A stretch of 64,000 nt of DNA from Octopus bimaculoides (Eukaryota), in assembly GCF_001194135.2 (NCBI RefSeq), contig NC_068989.1:14949403-15013402 (forward strand), read 5' to 3'. The translations under genes and the position numbers were made by a program. The notes under the pieces were generated by a model that saw nothing but the letters and a program-made list of their open reading frames with translations, made no database searches and had not been told where the DNA came from. Shown piece by piece: positions 52,113-63,071 of the stretch; position 1 is the first letter of the stretch, and each line of letters starts with the position of its first letter.

Positions 52113-52946
52113 CTTTACATTGTTAGCAGGTCTGAGTCTTGTAAGCTTCCAGATAACATATCTAAGTATTAACCCCAGTTCAGTTTCTGTAGGAATGGCT
52201 TAGGAACCTGGAGGCAAGGAAAAAGAGTCGAAGAAGTCATGACACAAGGATTGCAACAGTAGGAAATAGTGCATCCAACATCAAGTTATCTTCAGACCGG
52301 AGACCAAGTTCAAATGCTTCCATCCGAGTGGATTCTGCTAAAGGTAATAAGAAGTCAGATGATGGTACTGTAACCTGTTAGCAGTTAAACCAGCCACATC
52401 TGGCTCAAATATTTTACCTGTTTTATGCTGGTTGACGTTAGGAAGAGCATCCAGCTGTAGAAAACCATGCCAAATCAGACTGGAGTCTGGTGCAGCCTTC
52501 TGGCTTACCAACCCTGGTCAAATTGTCCAACCCATGCCAGCATAGACAACGGACGTTAAATGATGATGATAATGATGATGATGATGATGATATGTTCAAA
52601 TTGGCCAGATCCAACCTCTTACACTTGTCCTACAATGTTATTGTAAAATCATCATAGAAATCTTGAAGCTTCAAGATAATGCATGATTAATCTACCAGAA
52701 TAATCTGAATGCTAAAGAGTTAATCAGCTAACAGATTCAGATGAGTACATCATCATCCTCGTCATCATTTAATGTCCGCTTTCCATGCTGGTATGGGTTA
52801 GACCAGTGGTTCTCAAACTTTCCAAAAAATTTTACGTGCCGGTCCTCTTGAATGCTAAAGAATCAATCAGCTAACAGATTCAGATGAGTACATCATCATC
52901 CTCATCATCATTTAATGTCCACTTTCCATGCTGGTATGGGTTAGAC

Positions 52947-53955
52947 CAGTGGTTCTCAAACTTTTGAAAAAATTTTACGTGCAGGTCCTCTTACAGACTT
53001 TTCGATGATTCACGTATCCCCTACAAAATACAGGATAATCAACATGGAAAAAAAATGACATGTTCATGTACCATAATTTCCAGACTATGAACCACACTTC
53101 CCATAGGCCTGCAACCCCGAAAACCATAACTTAATCCAGGCAACATCTCCTTTTGATGCATGCAGTAATGCGGATGATTGGTGATGGTGGAGAGGGTGGG
53201 ACAGAGGTATGCAAGTCTTCTGGTACAATGACACTGCTGCTACATAAATGGTCACTTGACTTCCTAGAAATAGCAGTGAAATATACCTCCAGTCACACTG
53301 TCATCTCAAAGAAAGGAAGGATACATTGGATATGCCCCAATGGGATACAATAAATGCACATGAAAATATGGGGAATCAGTTGATCAGTTAGTTACAAAAC
53401 AAATGAGAAACAAAAAATAACGACAGCACATGCACAATCAACCGTTATACCTGGTCAATCACACCTGTACAACAAGTGTGATTAGCAAATGAGTGTGTAG
53501 GAGTGGTGTGGGTTTTTGAGGCTAACGATGAAAAAGGATAATAGCATGGGAAAAATTGAAAGTCTTTGAAATTTTAAACTTAACTGTCTCAAGCCACCAT
53601 TTTCATGATACTTCAGCATCCCTTTGTGGTCCCCTAGGGCAGGAGTTTTCAAACTGTGGTCCGCAAGGACAAGACAGGGGGTCCGTGGACAGCAAATACT
53701 TTTTATGGGCAATTTGATTTTATACATGTTTTTTAATCGAAATCTTTTAATTGACAATAAACCTATTTGTTAAATACTGTTAAATAAATAAATGTAAAAA
53801 TATATGTTATTTTAAGCAAATATTTATGTGTAAATTTCATAAGCGTTTATAAGGGGGTCCCTAAGGTAAAGCCTGAAATATAAAGGGGTCCGCAAGTCAA
53901 AATGTTTGAAAACCCCTGGACTAGGGGACTGCAGATCCCAGTTTGAGAACCACTG
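52947..53955. mobile_element. hAT/Charlie-type non-autonomous element inserted in an RTE 3' UTR
   Basis: 15-bp TIR CAGTGGTTCTCAAAC at both ends; flanks GGTTAGAC/GATCAGAC (6/8); family-D sequence resumes on both sides. Confidence 0.85.
53640..53918. mobile_element. hAT/Charlie-type MITE (family F, copy 2)
   Basis: Near-identical to 5197-5473; flanks CCCTAGGG/GACTAGGG (6/8). Confidence 0.92.
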
Positions 53956-54510
53956 GATCAGACAAATTGATTGGAACTGGTAAGCCAGAGAGCAGCACCA
54001 ATTCCAGTCTGATTCGACATGGTTTCTACAGCTGGATGCCCTTCCTGATGCCAACCACTCTTTTTATGTGTCACTGGCATGGGTGCCATTTACATGACAC
54101 CAACAATGGCCATGACAATTTCATAGGTGCCATTTGCATAACATGGACAACAGCCACGATTACTGTTTCACTCGGCATGACGAGTCTCCTCAAACACAGC
54201 ATATTGCCAAAGGTCTCAGTCACTTGTCAATGCTTCCATGAGGCCCAACATTTGAAGATCATGTTACTGGCAATGTTCATGATTCCAATTTGATAAGTGC
54301 CATTTATGAAACAATACAATGGCCACAACTACGATTTCACTTGGCTTGACGAGTGTTCTCAAGCACCGTATATCACCAAAACTTTTAGTCACTTATTGCC
54401 TCTGTGAGGCCCAACATTCGAAGATCATGCTTCACCACCTCGTCCCATGTCTTCCTGGGTCTACCTCTTTCACAGGATCCCTACACAGTTAGAGATCGGC
54501 AGTTCTTTAG
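53956..54510 (-). mobile_element. RTE LINE 3' end: ORF2 C-terminus (last segment duplicated) plus 3' UTR
   Basis: CRSLTV.GSCERGRPRKTWDEVVKHDLRMLGLTEA..W.YTVLENTRQAK-stop, a second HDLQMLGLMEA..WQYAVFEETR copy, then family-D UTR. Confidence 0.88.
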
Positions 54511-55432
54511 ATAGTTGTCCTTGCCAATCTGCTTGATATTAAAATGAATTTAAAGCTAAGCACAAAGCTGAAATGCAAAAACATTACGAAATAAAATGTT
54601 TCAATTTTTTTTTTTATTGTCTTATCAGAAAATGTCCTTTGTTTTTGTTTTTACTGTACTCTCCTATTTTATAGTTCAAATAAACTGTCCCCTGCACTTT
54701 TCCAATATTCCTTTCAGTTCATAATAAAAATGTATCTTTTAGTAACTCCCACCCCCATTCCCAATCATCTTTCTCTCATTTTCCTCAACATTCTTCTTAG
54801 TATTTTGTGTTGTTTTCAACAAGTTTTGCTTGGTGTCAAAAAAAAAAAAAAATTAAAAAAAAAACAACAAAGAAACCCTGAAGAAAGAAATGCTACAGAA
54901 AACAGGTGCCAAACTGCCAGCCTGTATAGGTGAATATATATCCAATTCTTGCACTGGAAATGCCATCAGGGAACATACTTCAATGTCACCGCAAGCACTG
55001 ACCAAAATTCCAAACACTTTCTTGTCCTGTTGGATTAACCTAAAGTATTTTTCTGGAGATAATTCATCACTTATACGCTAATTACATCACACTCATACAT
55101 ACAAAGTATACCCACATGCATGTATGAGAATATGTGCATGCATACTCACTCACATACACACACAAACATATGTACGCACACACATCAACACACATATTTT
55201 GTTCAGGCTCTATCAAATTTATATTTTGAATCTGCAGATGTAATTTCCATAAGATTTATTATCTTCCACGTCGAAAGTCAGATTATCCAGAAGATTGTTA
55301 ACCACTCATTTTGCTGCAATCATTTTTCTTAGTCTGATTCTGATCTAACTGTCTGGGATGAAGTATAACTTTCGTTGGAGGCTGGAAAAAACAAAAAAAA
55401 CACAATTATATATAAATGTTAAACTGCGGTTT

Positions 55433-55798
55433 GTGGAGATGCAATGGCCCAGTGGTTAGGGCAGCGGACTCACAGTTTCTATTCCCAGACCAGGCGTTGT
55501 GAGTGTTTATTGAGCGAAAACACCTAAAGCTCCACGAGGCTCTGGCAGGGGATGGTGGCGAACCCTGCTGTACTCTTTCACCACAACTTTCTCTCATTGT
55601 TGTGCCTGTAATTCAAAGGGTCAGCCTTGTAACACTGTGTCACACTGAATATCTCCAAGAACTACGTTAAGGGTACACGTGTCGGTGGAGTGCTCAGCCA
55701 CTTGCACGTTAATTTCACGAGCAGGCTGTTCCGTTGATCGGATCAACTGGAACCCTCATCGTTGTAATCGACAGAGTGCCAACAAAAAAGAAAAAAAA
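55433..55798 (+). mobile_element. tRNA-derived SINE, head A + tail T1
   Basis: TSD AAACTGCGGTT/AAATTGCGGTT (10/11). Confidence 0.9.
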
Positions 55799-55952
55799 AA
55801 ATTGCGGTTATGTTATATTTTAAAACAAGTTTAACCTACCAGCATTTAAATTAGCCATACCCAGCTAAAATATTCTAGCTGTCCTATGTTAAAACTGACC
55901 AGATCCAGCCTCTTACACCCACCCTACATTCTCATCCTAAAATAAACAATCA

Positions 55953-56293
55953 GGTAAAGACACCCTTCAGTCATAAATGACTATGGGATTGCACTTAGAA
56001 AGTTCCCTTCCAAGGCACAAGTCGGGGCAAGGTCAGGTTGTTTATGGAAGACCAGCACTCGCTCATGCATGCCAACTTCCCCTCTCCATGACACCGATGT
56101 TATCCAAGGGAAAGGTAAAGGCCGATGCAGCTTGGCACCAGTGACATCACAATTCATTTCTACAGCTGAGAAACGTGAAATATAGTGTCTTGCTTATGAA
56201 CACAACACAGCACACTGCCTGGTCCAGGAATGTAACTCGCTACCTCATGATTGTGAGCCCAATGCTCTAACTACTCAGCCATGCACCTTCATG
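55953..56293 (-). mobile_element. tRNA-derived SINE, head B + tail T3
   Basis: Head TGAAGGTGCATGGCTGAGTAG; TSD AAAATAAACAATCA/AAAATAAGCAATCA (13/14); tail unrelated to T1 and T2. Confidence 0.8.
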
Positions 56294-56492
56294 AAAATAA
56301 GCAATCACAACGTTGAAATCTCAAAGCAACAGGATAACATGATTAATTCAAAAGAATGAAAACAGCATTCATCCTGTTGAATGTGAAGGAGGCATTTTGC
56401 TGGACGGGTGTAAACTGTTTCAATTTAAACAAAATGGTAGGTTATTCAACTTAATAATGATGATGGTTTTCAATAAATAATAATGCCTTCAC

Positions 56493-56590
56493 CTTCTGTC
56501 TCAGGGTCCAGTACACTACTATCAGATTCTTCTTTTGAGATTGATTTTGATTCCACAGAAGAAACACTTGCACTCAATTCTGGAAGTTTC
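56493..56590 (-). CDS. RANBP3: RANBP3-like exon, acidic Ser-rich tail (KLPELSASVSSVESKSISKEESDSSVLDPETE)
   Basis: Acceptor TTTTTTTTCTTCGTAG, donor AAG|GTGAAG; 98 nt, phase 2 in, phase 1 out, in frame with the upstream exon. Confidence 0.85.
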
Positions 56591-56734
56591 CTACGAAGAA
56601 AAAAAAATTTTCCATGACAATTGCGACAACACATGAAAATATTGAGAAAAAGATTTAAAAATAAAACTTCGTCTATGATGTAAAATAAATTGAATATTTC
56701 ATAAGATGTGTATAAAAGTTTGAAAACAACCTAC

Positions 56735-56880
56735 TTTAGTTTCTTAGGGGAAGCTCTGTCTTGAGATTCTGATTTTCTTTTGGATGCATTTCGTTTTTCA
56801 AGTTCCTCTTCTTCAGTTTTCAATTGTTGTATCCTCCATTCGATGGCTCGCATTATGTTGTCACTGTCTTTAGGGTTAGC
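56735..56880 (-). CDS. RANBP3: RANBP3-like exon, end of the Ran-binding domain (ANPKDSDNIMRAIEWRIQQLKTEEEELEKR...)
   Basis: Acceptor TATGTTTATCAG, donor AA|GTAGGT; 146 nt, phase 0 in; aligns from memory with vertebrate RANBP3 ASSKDTGQLYAALHHRILALR. Confidence 0.9.
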
Positions 56881-57247
56881 CTGATAAACATATAGCATGA
56901 TAGCAGTTGGCAAAAGGCATGTTTTATAACATTCATGCTAGTCTATAATATTAACACAGCAAACACTATAGCTTCAATATAAATAAAACTCCATCTTCAA
57001 ACTCAATCACCTACAACTGAAGCTATAAATGGACACTTTGTCTTTGAATTGAATTAAAATAGTTTCAGGAAACAGTATTCTAGGATAGAAATCTCAAACC
57101 ACAAAAGAAGTCCAAGATGATATTTGATGGCAATCATTAAATGTTCTGGCATTCCGTTAGTTATGACAATGAAGGTTCTAGTTGATCCGGTCAATGGAAC
57201 AGCCAGTTCGTGAAATTTACATGCAAGTGGCTGAGCACACTACAGAT

Positions 57248-58473
57248 ACTCTTTTACTTGTATCAGTCATTTGACTGTGGCCATGCTGGAGCACCGCCTT
57301 TAGTCGAGCAAGTCGACCCCAGGAATTACTCTCTGTAAGCCTAGTACTTATTTACTTATTCTATTGGTCACACCACCATCAGTTGTCAAGCGATGTTTTT
57401 TTTTTTGGGGGGGGGGCACAGACACAGACACACACACATATATATATATGTATATATATATNNNNNNNNNNNNNNNNNNNNNNNNNNNNNNNNNNNNNNN
57501 NNNNNNNNNNNNNNNNNNNNNNNNNNNNNNNNNNNNNNNNNNNNNNNNNNNNNNNNNNNNNNNNNNNNNNNNNNNNNNNNNNNNNNNNNNNNNNNNNNNN
57601 NNNNNNNNNNNNNNNNNNNNNNNNNNNNNNNNNNNNNNNNNNNNNNNNNNNNNNNNNNNNNNNNNNNNNNNNNNNNNNNNNNNNNNNNNNNNNNNNNNNN
57701 NNNNNNNNNNNNNNNNNNNNNNNNNNNNNNNNNNNNNNNNNNNNNNNNNNNNNNNNNNNNNNNNNNNNNNNNNNNNNNNNNNNNNNNNNNNNNNNNNNNN
57801 NNNNNNNNNNNNNNNNNNNNNNNNNNNNNNNNNNNNNNNNNNNNNNNNNNNNNNNNNNNNNNNNNNNNNNNNNNNNNNNNNNNNNNNNNNNNNNNNNNNN
57901 NNNNNNNNNNNNNNNNNNNNNNNNNNNNNNNNNNNNNNNNNNNNNNNNNNNNNNNNNNNNNNNNNNNNNNNNNNNNNNNNNNNNNNNNNNNNNNNNNNNN
58001 NNNNNNNNNNNNNNNNNNNNNNNNNNNNNNNNNNNNNNNNNNNNNNNNNNNNNNNNNNNNNNNNNNNNNNNNNNNNNNNNNNNNNNNNNNNNNNNNNNNN
58101 NNNNNNNNNNNNNNNNNNNNNNNNNNNNNNNNNNNNNNNNNNNNNNNNNNNNNNNNNNNNNNNNNNNNNNNNNNNNNNNNNNNNNNNNNNNNNNNNNNNN
58201 NNNNNNNNNNNNNNTAAACACACCAGCATCGGTTGTCAAGCGATGTTGGGGGGACAAACACAGACACACAAACATATACACAACACACATACATATATAT
58301 ATATATACATATATACGACGGGCTTCTTTCAGTTTCCGTCTACCAAATCCACTCACAAGGCTTTGGTCGGCCCGAGGCTATAGTAGAAGACACTTGCCCA
58401 AGGTGCCACGCAGTGGGACTGAACCCGGAACCATGTGGTTGGTAAGCAAGCTACTTACCACACAGCCACTCCT
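57248..58473 (-). mobile_element. Family-C SINE sequence spanning an assembly gap
   Basis: Tail at 57248-57461, head at 58215-58473; the CACC..CATC.GTTGTCAAGCGATGT segment occurs on both sides of the gap. Confidence 0.85.
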
Positions 58474-58586
58474 ACGCCTACAAACTGATGAAAGGAAAAC
58501 ATCTGAATAAAGAGAATACGTAAGTGGGGGTTCGGCATAAAAACACAACTAGGATTTCCGTGACAATTAATTAATTAAATACTCAC

Positions 58587-58723
58587 TACGATGAGAAATA
58601 CTTTCACGCCATCACCATCGGTGGCAGTTAGTCGTACACTCTTCTGACTGGCTTTCTTCACGGTCATTCCTGTCCAGATTTTAGTGTTCAATATCACTCG
58701 TAAACTTCCTTGTGATCTCATTA
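58587..58723 (-). CDS. RANBP3: RANBP3-like exon, Ran-binding domain (MRSQGSLRVILNTKIWTGMTVKKASQKSVRLTATDGDGVKVFLIV)
   Basis: Acceptor CTTCTATTATACTTCAG, donor GTA|GTGAGT; 137 nt; closely resembles vertebrate RANBP3 MRTQGSLRLILNTKLWAQMQIDKASEKSIRITAMD..QGVKVFLI as recalled. Upstream exons were not found in the window. Confidence 0.93.
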
Positions 58724-58944
58724 CTGAAGTATAATAGAAGCACACATTAGATTAACCACAAATATCTCAAAAAAGAAGGTCAGTAATAAACATCAGATTA
58801 CTTTAAAAAATCCGTTTGCGTGTTTAAAACTATATCCAAACAGATCTTATTACAGATTGCCTATTCTCTTAATTACCTCTCAATGTTTAGTATTTTCTTC
58901 TTATCGTTATAAAAGGAAGACAGAAAATAACAACAGAACTAAAT

Positions 58945-59397
58945 TCGACGACTGGCACCCATGCCAACGTCGTCTCCTTCATTGGACACAAAACTCTTCT
59001 TGTGAAGACCTGTTGGGGCAAGCGAAAGCGAAATCGTGATGGCACCTGTGCCCAGCGTCGCCTTCTTGGCACTTGTGCTGGTGGCATATGTAAGGACTTT
59101 TGAGCGAGATCGTTGCCAGTGCCGCTGGACTGGCTCTTGTGCAGGTGGCACATAAAATACACCATTTCAAGCGTGGTCGTTGCCAGTACCGCCTGACTGG
59201 CCGTTGTGCCGGTGGCACGTAAATGCACACATTACACTCTCGGAGTGGTTGGCGTTAGGAAGGGCATCCAGCTGTAGAAACTCTGCCAAATCAGATTGGA
59301 GCCTGGTGTAGCCATCCAGTTCACCAGTCCTCAGTCAAATCGTCCAACCCATGCTAGCATGGAAAGCGGACGTTAAACGATGATGATGATGATGATG
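58945..59397 (+). mobile_element. RTE 3' UTR fragment (family D) with internal GCCAGT..ACTGGC hairpin repeats
   Basis: Ends GGACGTTAAACGATGATGATG; shorter copies near 19814, 20862, 31195, 38205, 44790, 52425, 59570 and 61650. Confidence 0.88.
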
Positions 59398-59879
59398 TTA
59401 GTGAGATCACCAAATACTCATAAGACACCCTCAACTGTGTGAGGTATAGTCTTGTAGGATGTGAAAGTATGATAGAGTGGCAGGAACAAGTGTCTTGCTG
59501 AAGAAGGGGACACATGCGTCAATCCTACTTCATGGCCATATTATGATTAACATGAAGAGCATCCAACTCATCACCGTTTTAACATCCACTTTTTCCATGT
59601 TTGCATGGGTCAGGCAGATTTTCTACAGCTGGATACCTGCTCTTCCTGTATTCAACTCTCACCTGTTTCCAAGCAAGGTAATATTTCCCCTTGGATAAAA
59701 ATGATAAACATCCTTCCCGAGTTAAAGAGACTCAATATACATTTTCTCCCCCAGGGTGGGACGTGGTCCATCACAGGATTATTCATTTTTGGCAGCTGAG
59801 TGAACTGGAGCAACATAAAATGAAGTTTTTTTTCCTCAAGAACACAATGCATTGCCCAGTCCAGAAATTGAAACGTGAT

Positions 59880-60415
59880 GGTGGCACGTAAAAAAATCAA
59901 CCTTTGAATGTTGGGCCTCAAGGAGGCAAAATGGCTGAGTTCTTTTCGAGCGCTTGGCCTGATGAAGGCATAGTAGCTGAGTTCCTTTCGAGTGTTGGGC
60001 CTGATGGAGGCATAGTGGCTGAGTCCCTTTTGAGTAGGCCTCATGGAGGCAAAGTGACTGAATTCCTTTTGAGCATTAGGCCTCATGGAGGTAAAGTGGT
60101 CAAGTTCCTTTCGAGTGTTGGGCCTCACAGAGACAAAGGCCAAGGCCTTTGGCATTATGTTGTGCTTGAGAAGACCTATCAAGCTGAGCAAAATCACAGT
60201 TGTGGCAGGCACCGGTGTCATGCCAGTGGCACATAAAAGCACCCATTACACTCTCAGAACGGTTGGCGTTAGGAAGGGCATCCAGATGTAGAAAACCATA
60301 CCGAATCAGACCGGAGCCTGGCACAGACTTCCAGCATACCAGCTCAGTCAAACCATCCAACCCATACCAGCATGGACAACGGACATTAAATGATGATGAC
60401 GATGATGAATCTTAT
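59880..60415 (+). mobile_element. RTE 3' end with a ~42-bp tandem array (59910-60135)
   Basis: Five units plus a partial sixth of GGCCTCATGGAGGCAAAGTGGCTGAGTTCCTTTCGAGTGTTG-like sequence, then the RTE terminus and family-D UTR. Confidence 0.85.
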
Positions 60416-60580
60416 GTTCACGAGTCCAATACCCTAACCACCAAGCCATGTGCCTCCACACATTTCCCCACGGTCAGGACATGTTTACACAGAATATTGG
60501 AAAATAAATGACACTAATTTTATGACAGTGACACTCTTTTACAATTATCACATGATGTGAAGAGAAGGAGGCAAAAACAT

Positions 60581-60612
<32 letters not shown>

Positions 60613-61333
60613 GATGAACTTCTTTCAGTTTCCATTTACCAATCCACTTACAAGGCTTTGGCTGGCCTTGAAACAGCAGACAAAAATAGAAAATCAAAGT
60701 CTAGCAATTATCTCTTCAAATTTGCACCTTAGAATAATGAAAGACATACTTTCGAGCATAATGCACTCTGCCACCTCCTCCTTCCATCCCTCCCTCTCTC
60801 TTTCTCTCCGTTGCAACCTGACAATATGAAATTAACATTTCTTTTTACAGCTGTTTTGAAAAGCTGTCAAACGGACAAATTTAAGAAAACAATTCACGGA
60901 GAAACAGTGAAATGCAGAAATGATGTGTTTTAGAGATTAGATCACAACACAATTTGATGGGGTTGAATGGTGGAGTGCGGAGGGGGTGGACATTTTTTAT
61001 CAAAACCTGAACTGTTTCTGCTATATCCTGGTTCTATGGTGTATAGTCCAAACAAAGCACATGCACAACCTTTGGGGGTATATAAAGTTCAAAGTTTACA
61101 ACAGCAACTCTTCAAATAGTTTATAATATTTTATAATAGAGAATTACACAGTGAAAATGTTTTTCTTTTTTTTAATTTTCCATATTATTTTTTTTTCAAC
61201 AAAAAACCATAGAAACTTGTGAGTTAAGCTGTGTTGGTAAATTGATTACGATAGCAATGAATGAATGAATCGACTAACATATTTATAATGGCTATGACAA
61301 ACACCTGTCACGCTTTTAAAGGCTGATTTTTAA

Positions 61334-61624
61334 CCCATTACCTACCAGTGATCTCATATGAGATCACTTAAAAATTACAAATTTCGTAATTATCTGTCAA
61401 TATTTACACGTATCTAACCTTTTTGCTATATCTACTAGGTATATTTCTCTGATATTCAAATGAGGTTTGCTAATTTTTCACCCAATATCTCACTTATTTC
61501 TATTTAAAATGTAATTTTGAAATGTTATTTTGATCATTCCAGTGTGTTTCTAAGGCTGTTTTATTCTAGAAATCAAAGTTTCATAAAAATAATTACAGTT
61601 AATAGAATTATGGGAGGTAATGGG
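61334..61624. mobile_element. piggyBac-type MITE
   Basis: TTAA flanks (61330-61333, 61625-61628); TIR CCCATTACCTACCA / CCCATTACCTCCCA (13/14). Confidence 0.88.
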
Positions 61625-61934
61625 TTAATAGTAATATCCTTTTAATTCTCCATCGTTTCAAAGTCCGTTTTTCCATGCTTGCATGGGTTAGATGGATTTT
61701 GTTTTGAGTGGATTTTCTATGACCTGATGCTCTTCCTGTTGCTAACACTTATCGGTTTCCAAGTAACGTAATATTTCCCCAGATATGTTTTCATAGAAGA
61801 TTAGAAACAAAGGATGTTGCTTGTATGATGATAACATCCATTTACAACTAACATGGAATGTCCGGCCGGTGGGGGAAGAAACGGTTTTTTGGTGAGTCAA
61901 AATACCAGAGTATGAAGACACTGCAGGTGAGAGG

Positions 61935-62467
61935 GATCTTTTTTAAAACGGGGGCCACATTTTTCATTAACGAAACACTTTGGAACACTGGTAGAATGTG
62001 TCATATAAAACATCTTTTTCTCTTAGTCTTCTTATAAAAAAAAAGAAATCCATAAGTTATTCCATATTAAAGTTGTCATATTTCTGTAATTTCAACCAAT
62101 CACTGACGTCCATTCAGCCGATATACATTAAGTGCCGACTACATAAACAAACGATTCTGAAACAATTCTATCGGTGTTAGGGTTAGGGTTAGGGTAAAAC
62201 AGCAAATTTAAAATGCAAAAAGCAAATAAAACGAAGCTATGGCTTAATCAGCCAAAGGAGTAAATGTAAACAACTGAATACATGTCAGTGATTGGTTGAA
62301 ATTATCGAAATAAGACAATTTTTTACATGAAATAAATTCGAATACAAAAATATTTTTCTGTTCTATAACACAAAATAGATAAGTATACGAAGTTTGAAAG
62401 TCTTTCGGTACCAAAAACACTACGTAAAACATTAATGAAAAATGTGGCCCCCGTTTTAAAAAAGATC
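61935..62467. mobile_element. Unclassified TIR element with nested inverted repeats and central (TTAGGG)3
   Basis: Perfect 36-bp TIR (61935-61970, 62432-62467); inner ~45-bp inverted repeat (62073-62117, 62274-62318); TTAGGG x3 at 62177-62194; no TSD found. Confidence 0.8.
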
Positions 62468-62579
62468 TGAAGACTGCACCAGACTTCTGTGTGTGTCTGT
62501 TTTGGCATGGTTTTTACAGTTGGATACCCTTCCTAACACCAACCACTCGGCAGAGTGGACTAAAAAAAAAAATCATGAT

Positions 62580-62725
62580 CTCACATGGCAACCAAGTCTT
62601 CGCTTCGAGAAAGGTAGATTATATGATTGTGTATGAAACCTGATGTTACATGATAGTGTGATGTGAGCCTTTAAATGCAGCAGGTTTGTGAAGACTTGAA
62701 AGAAATGAAGCGAGCCTGCTCCACT
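62580..62725 (+). mobile_element. Degenerate RTE ORF2 fragment
   Basis: Frameshifted ATK.SLR.KGRLYDCV..LMLH and RLERNEAS motifs as at 38465-38915. Confidence 0.7.
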
Positions 62726-62807
62726 GGAAGTAAGTACCGGTCAAGCATTGGAATTGATAAAGCTGGCACCCGACCCCATTTCAGGGCTTGTGCCTATAGC
62801 AGAAAGG

Positions 62808-63071
62808 ATCATCATCATCATTGCCGTTTAACGTCCGCTTTCCATGCTAGCATGGGTTGGATGATTTGAGTGAGGACTGGTGAAACCAGATGGCTACACC
62901 AGGCTCCAATCTGATTTGGCAGAGTTTCTACAGCTGGATGCCCTTCCTAACGCCAACCACTCCGAGAGTGTAGTGGGTGCTTTTACGTGCCACCGGCACG
63001 AGGGCCAGTCAGGCGGGTACTGGCAACGGCCACACTCGAAATGGTGTATTTTACATGCCACCTGCACAGGA
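62808..63071 (-). mobile_element. RTE 3' UTR fragment (family D)
   Basis: High identity to 16166-16515 and 63617-63908. Confidence 0.9.

Noticed and set aside
54880-55080. Open minus-strand frame RISDELSPEKYFRLIQQDKK... in the RANBP3-like intron
   Set aside because: Weak acceptor; inclusion would shift the frame of the last exon; no recognisable homology.
58484-58600. CTGATGA as a second hammerhead core (also 1832 and ~59958)
   Set aside because: No downstream GAAA with pairing stems.
59910-60135. Regularly spaced 42-bp repeats as a CRISPR-like array
   Set aside because: Contiguous diverged tandem units without unique spacers; eukaryotic context; derived from RTE ORF2.
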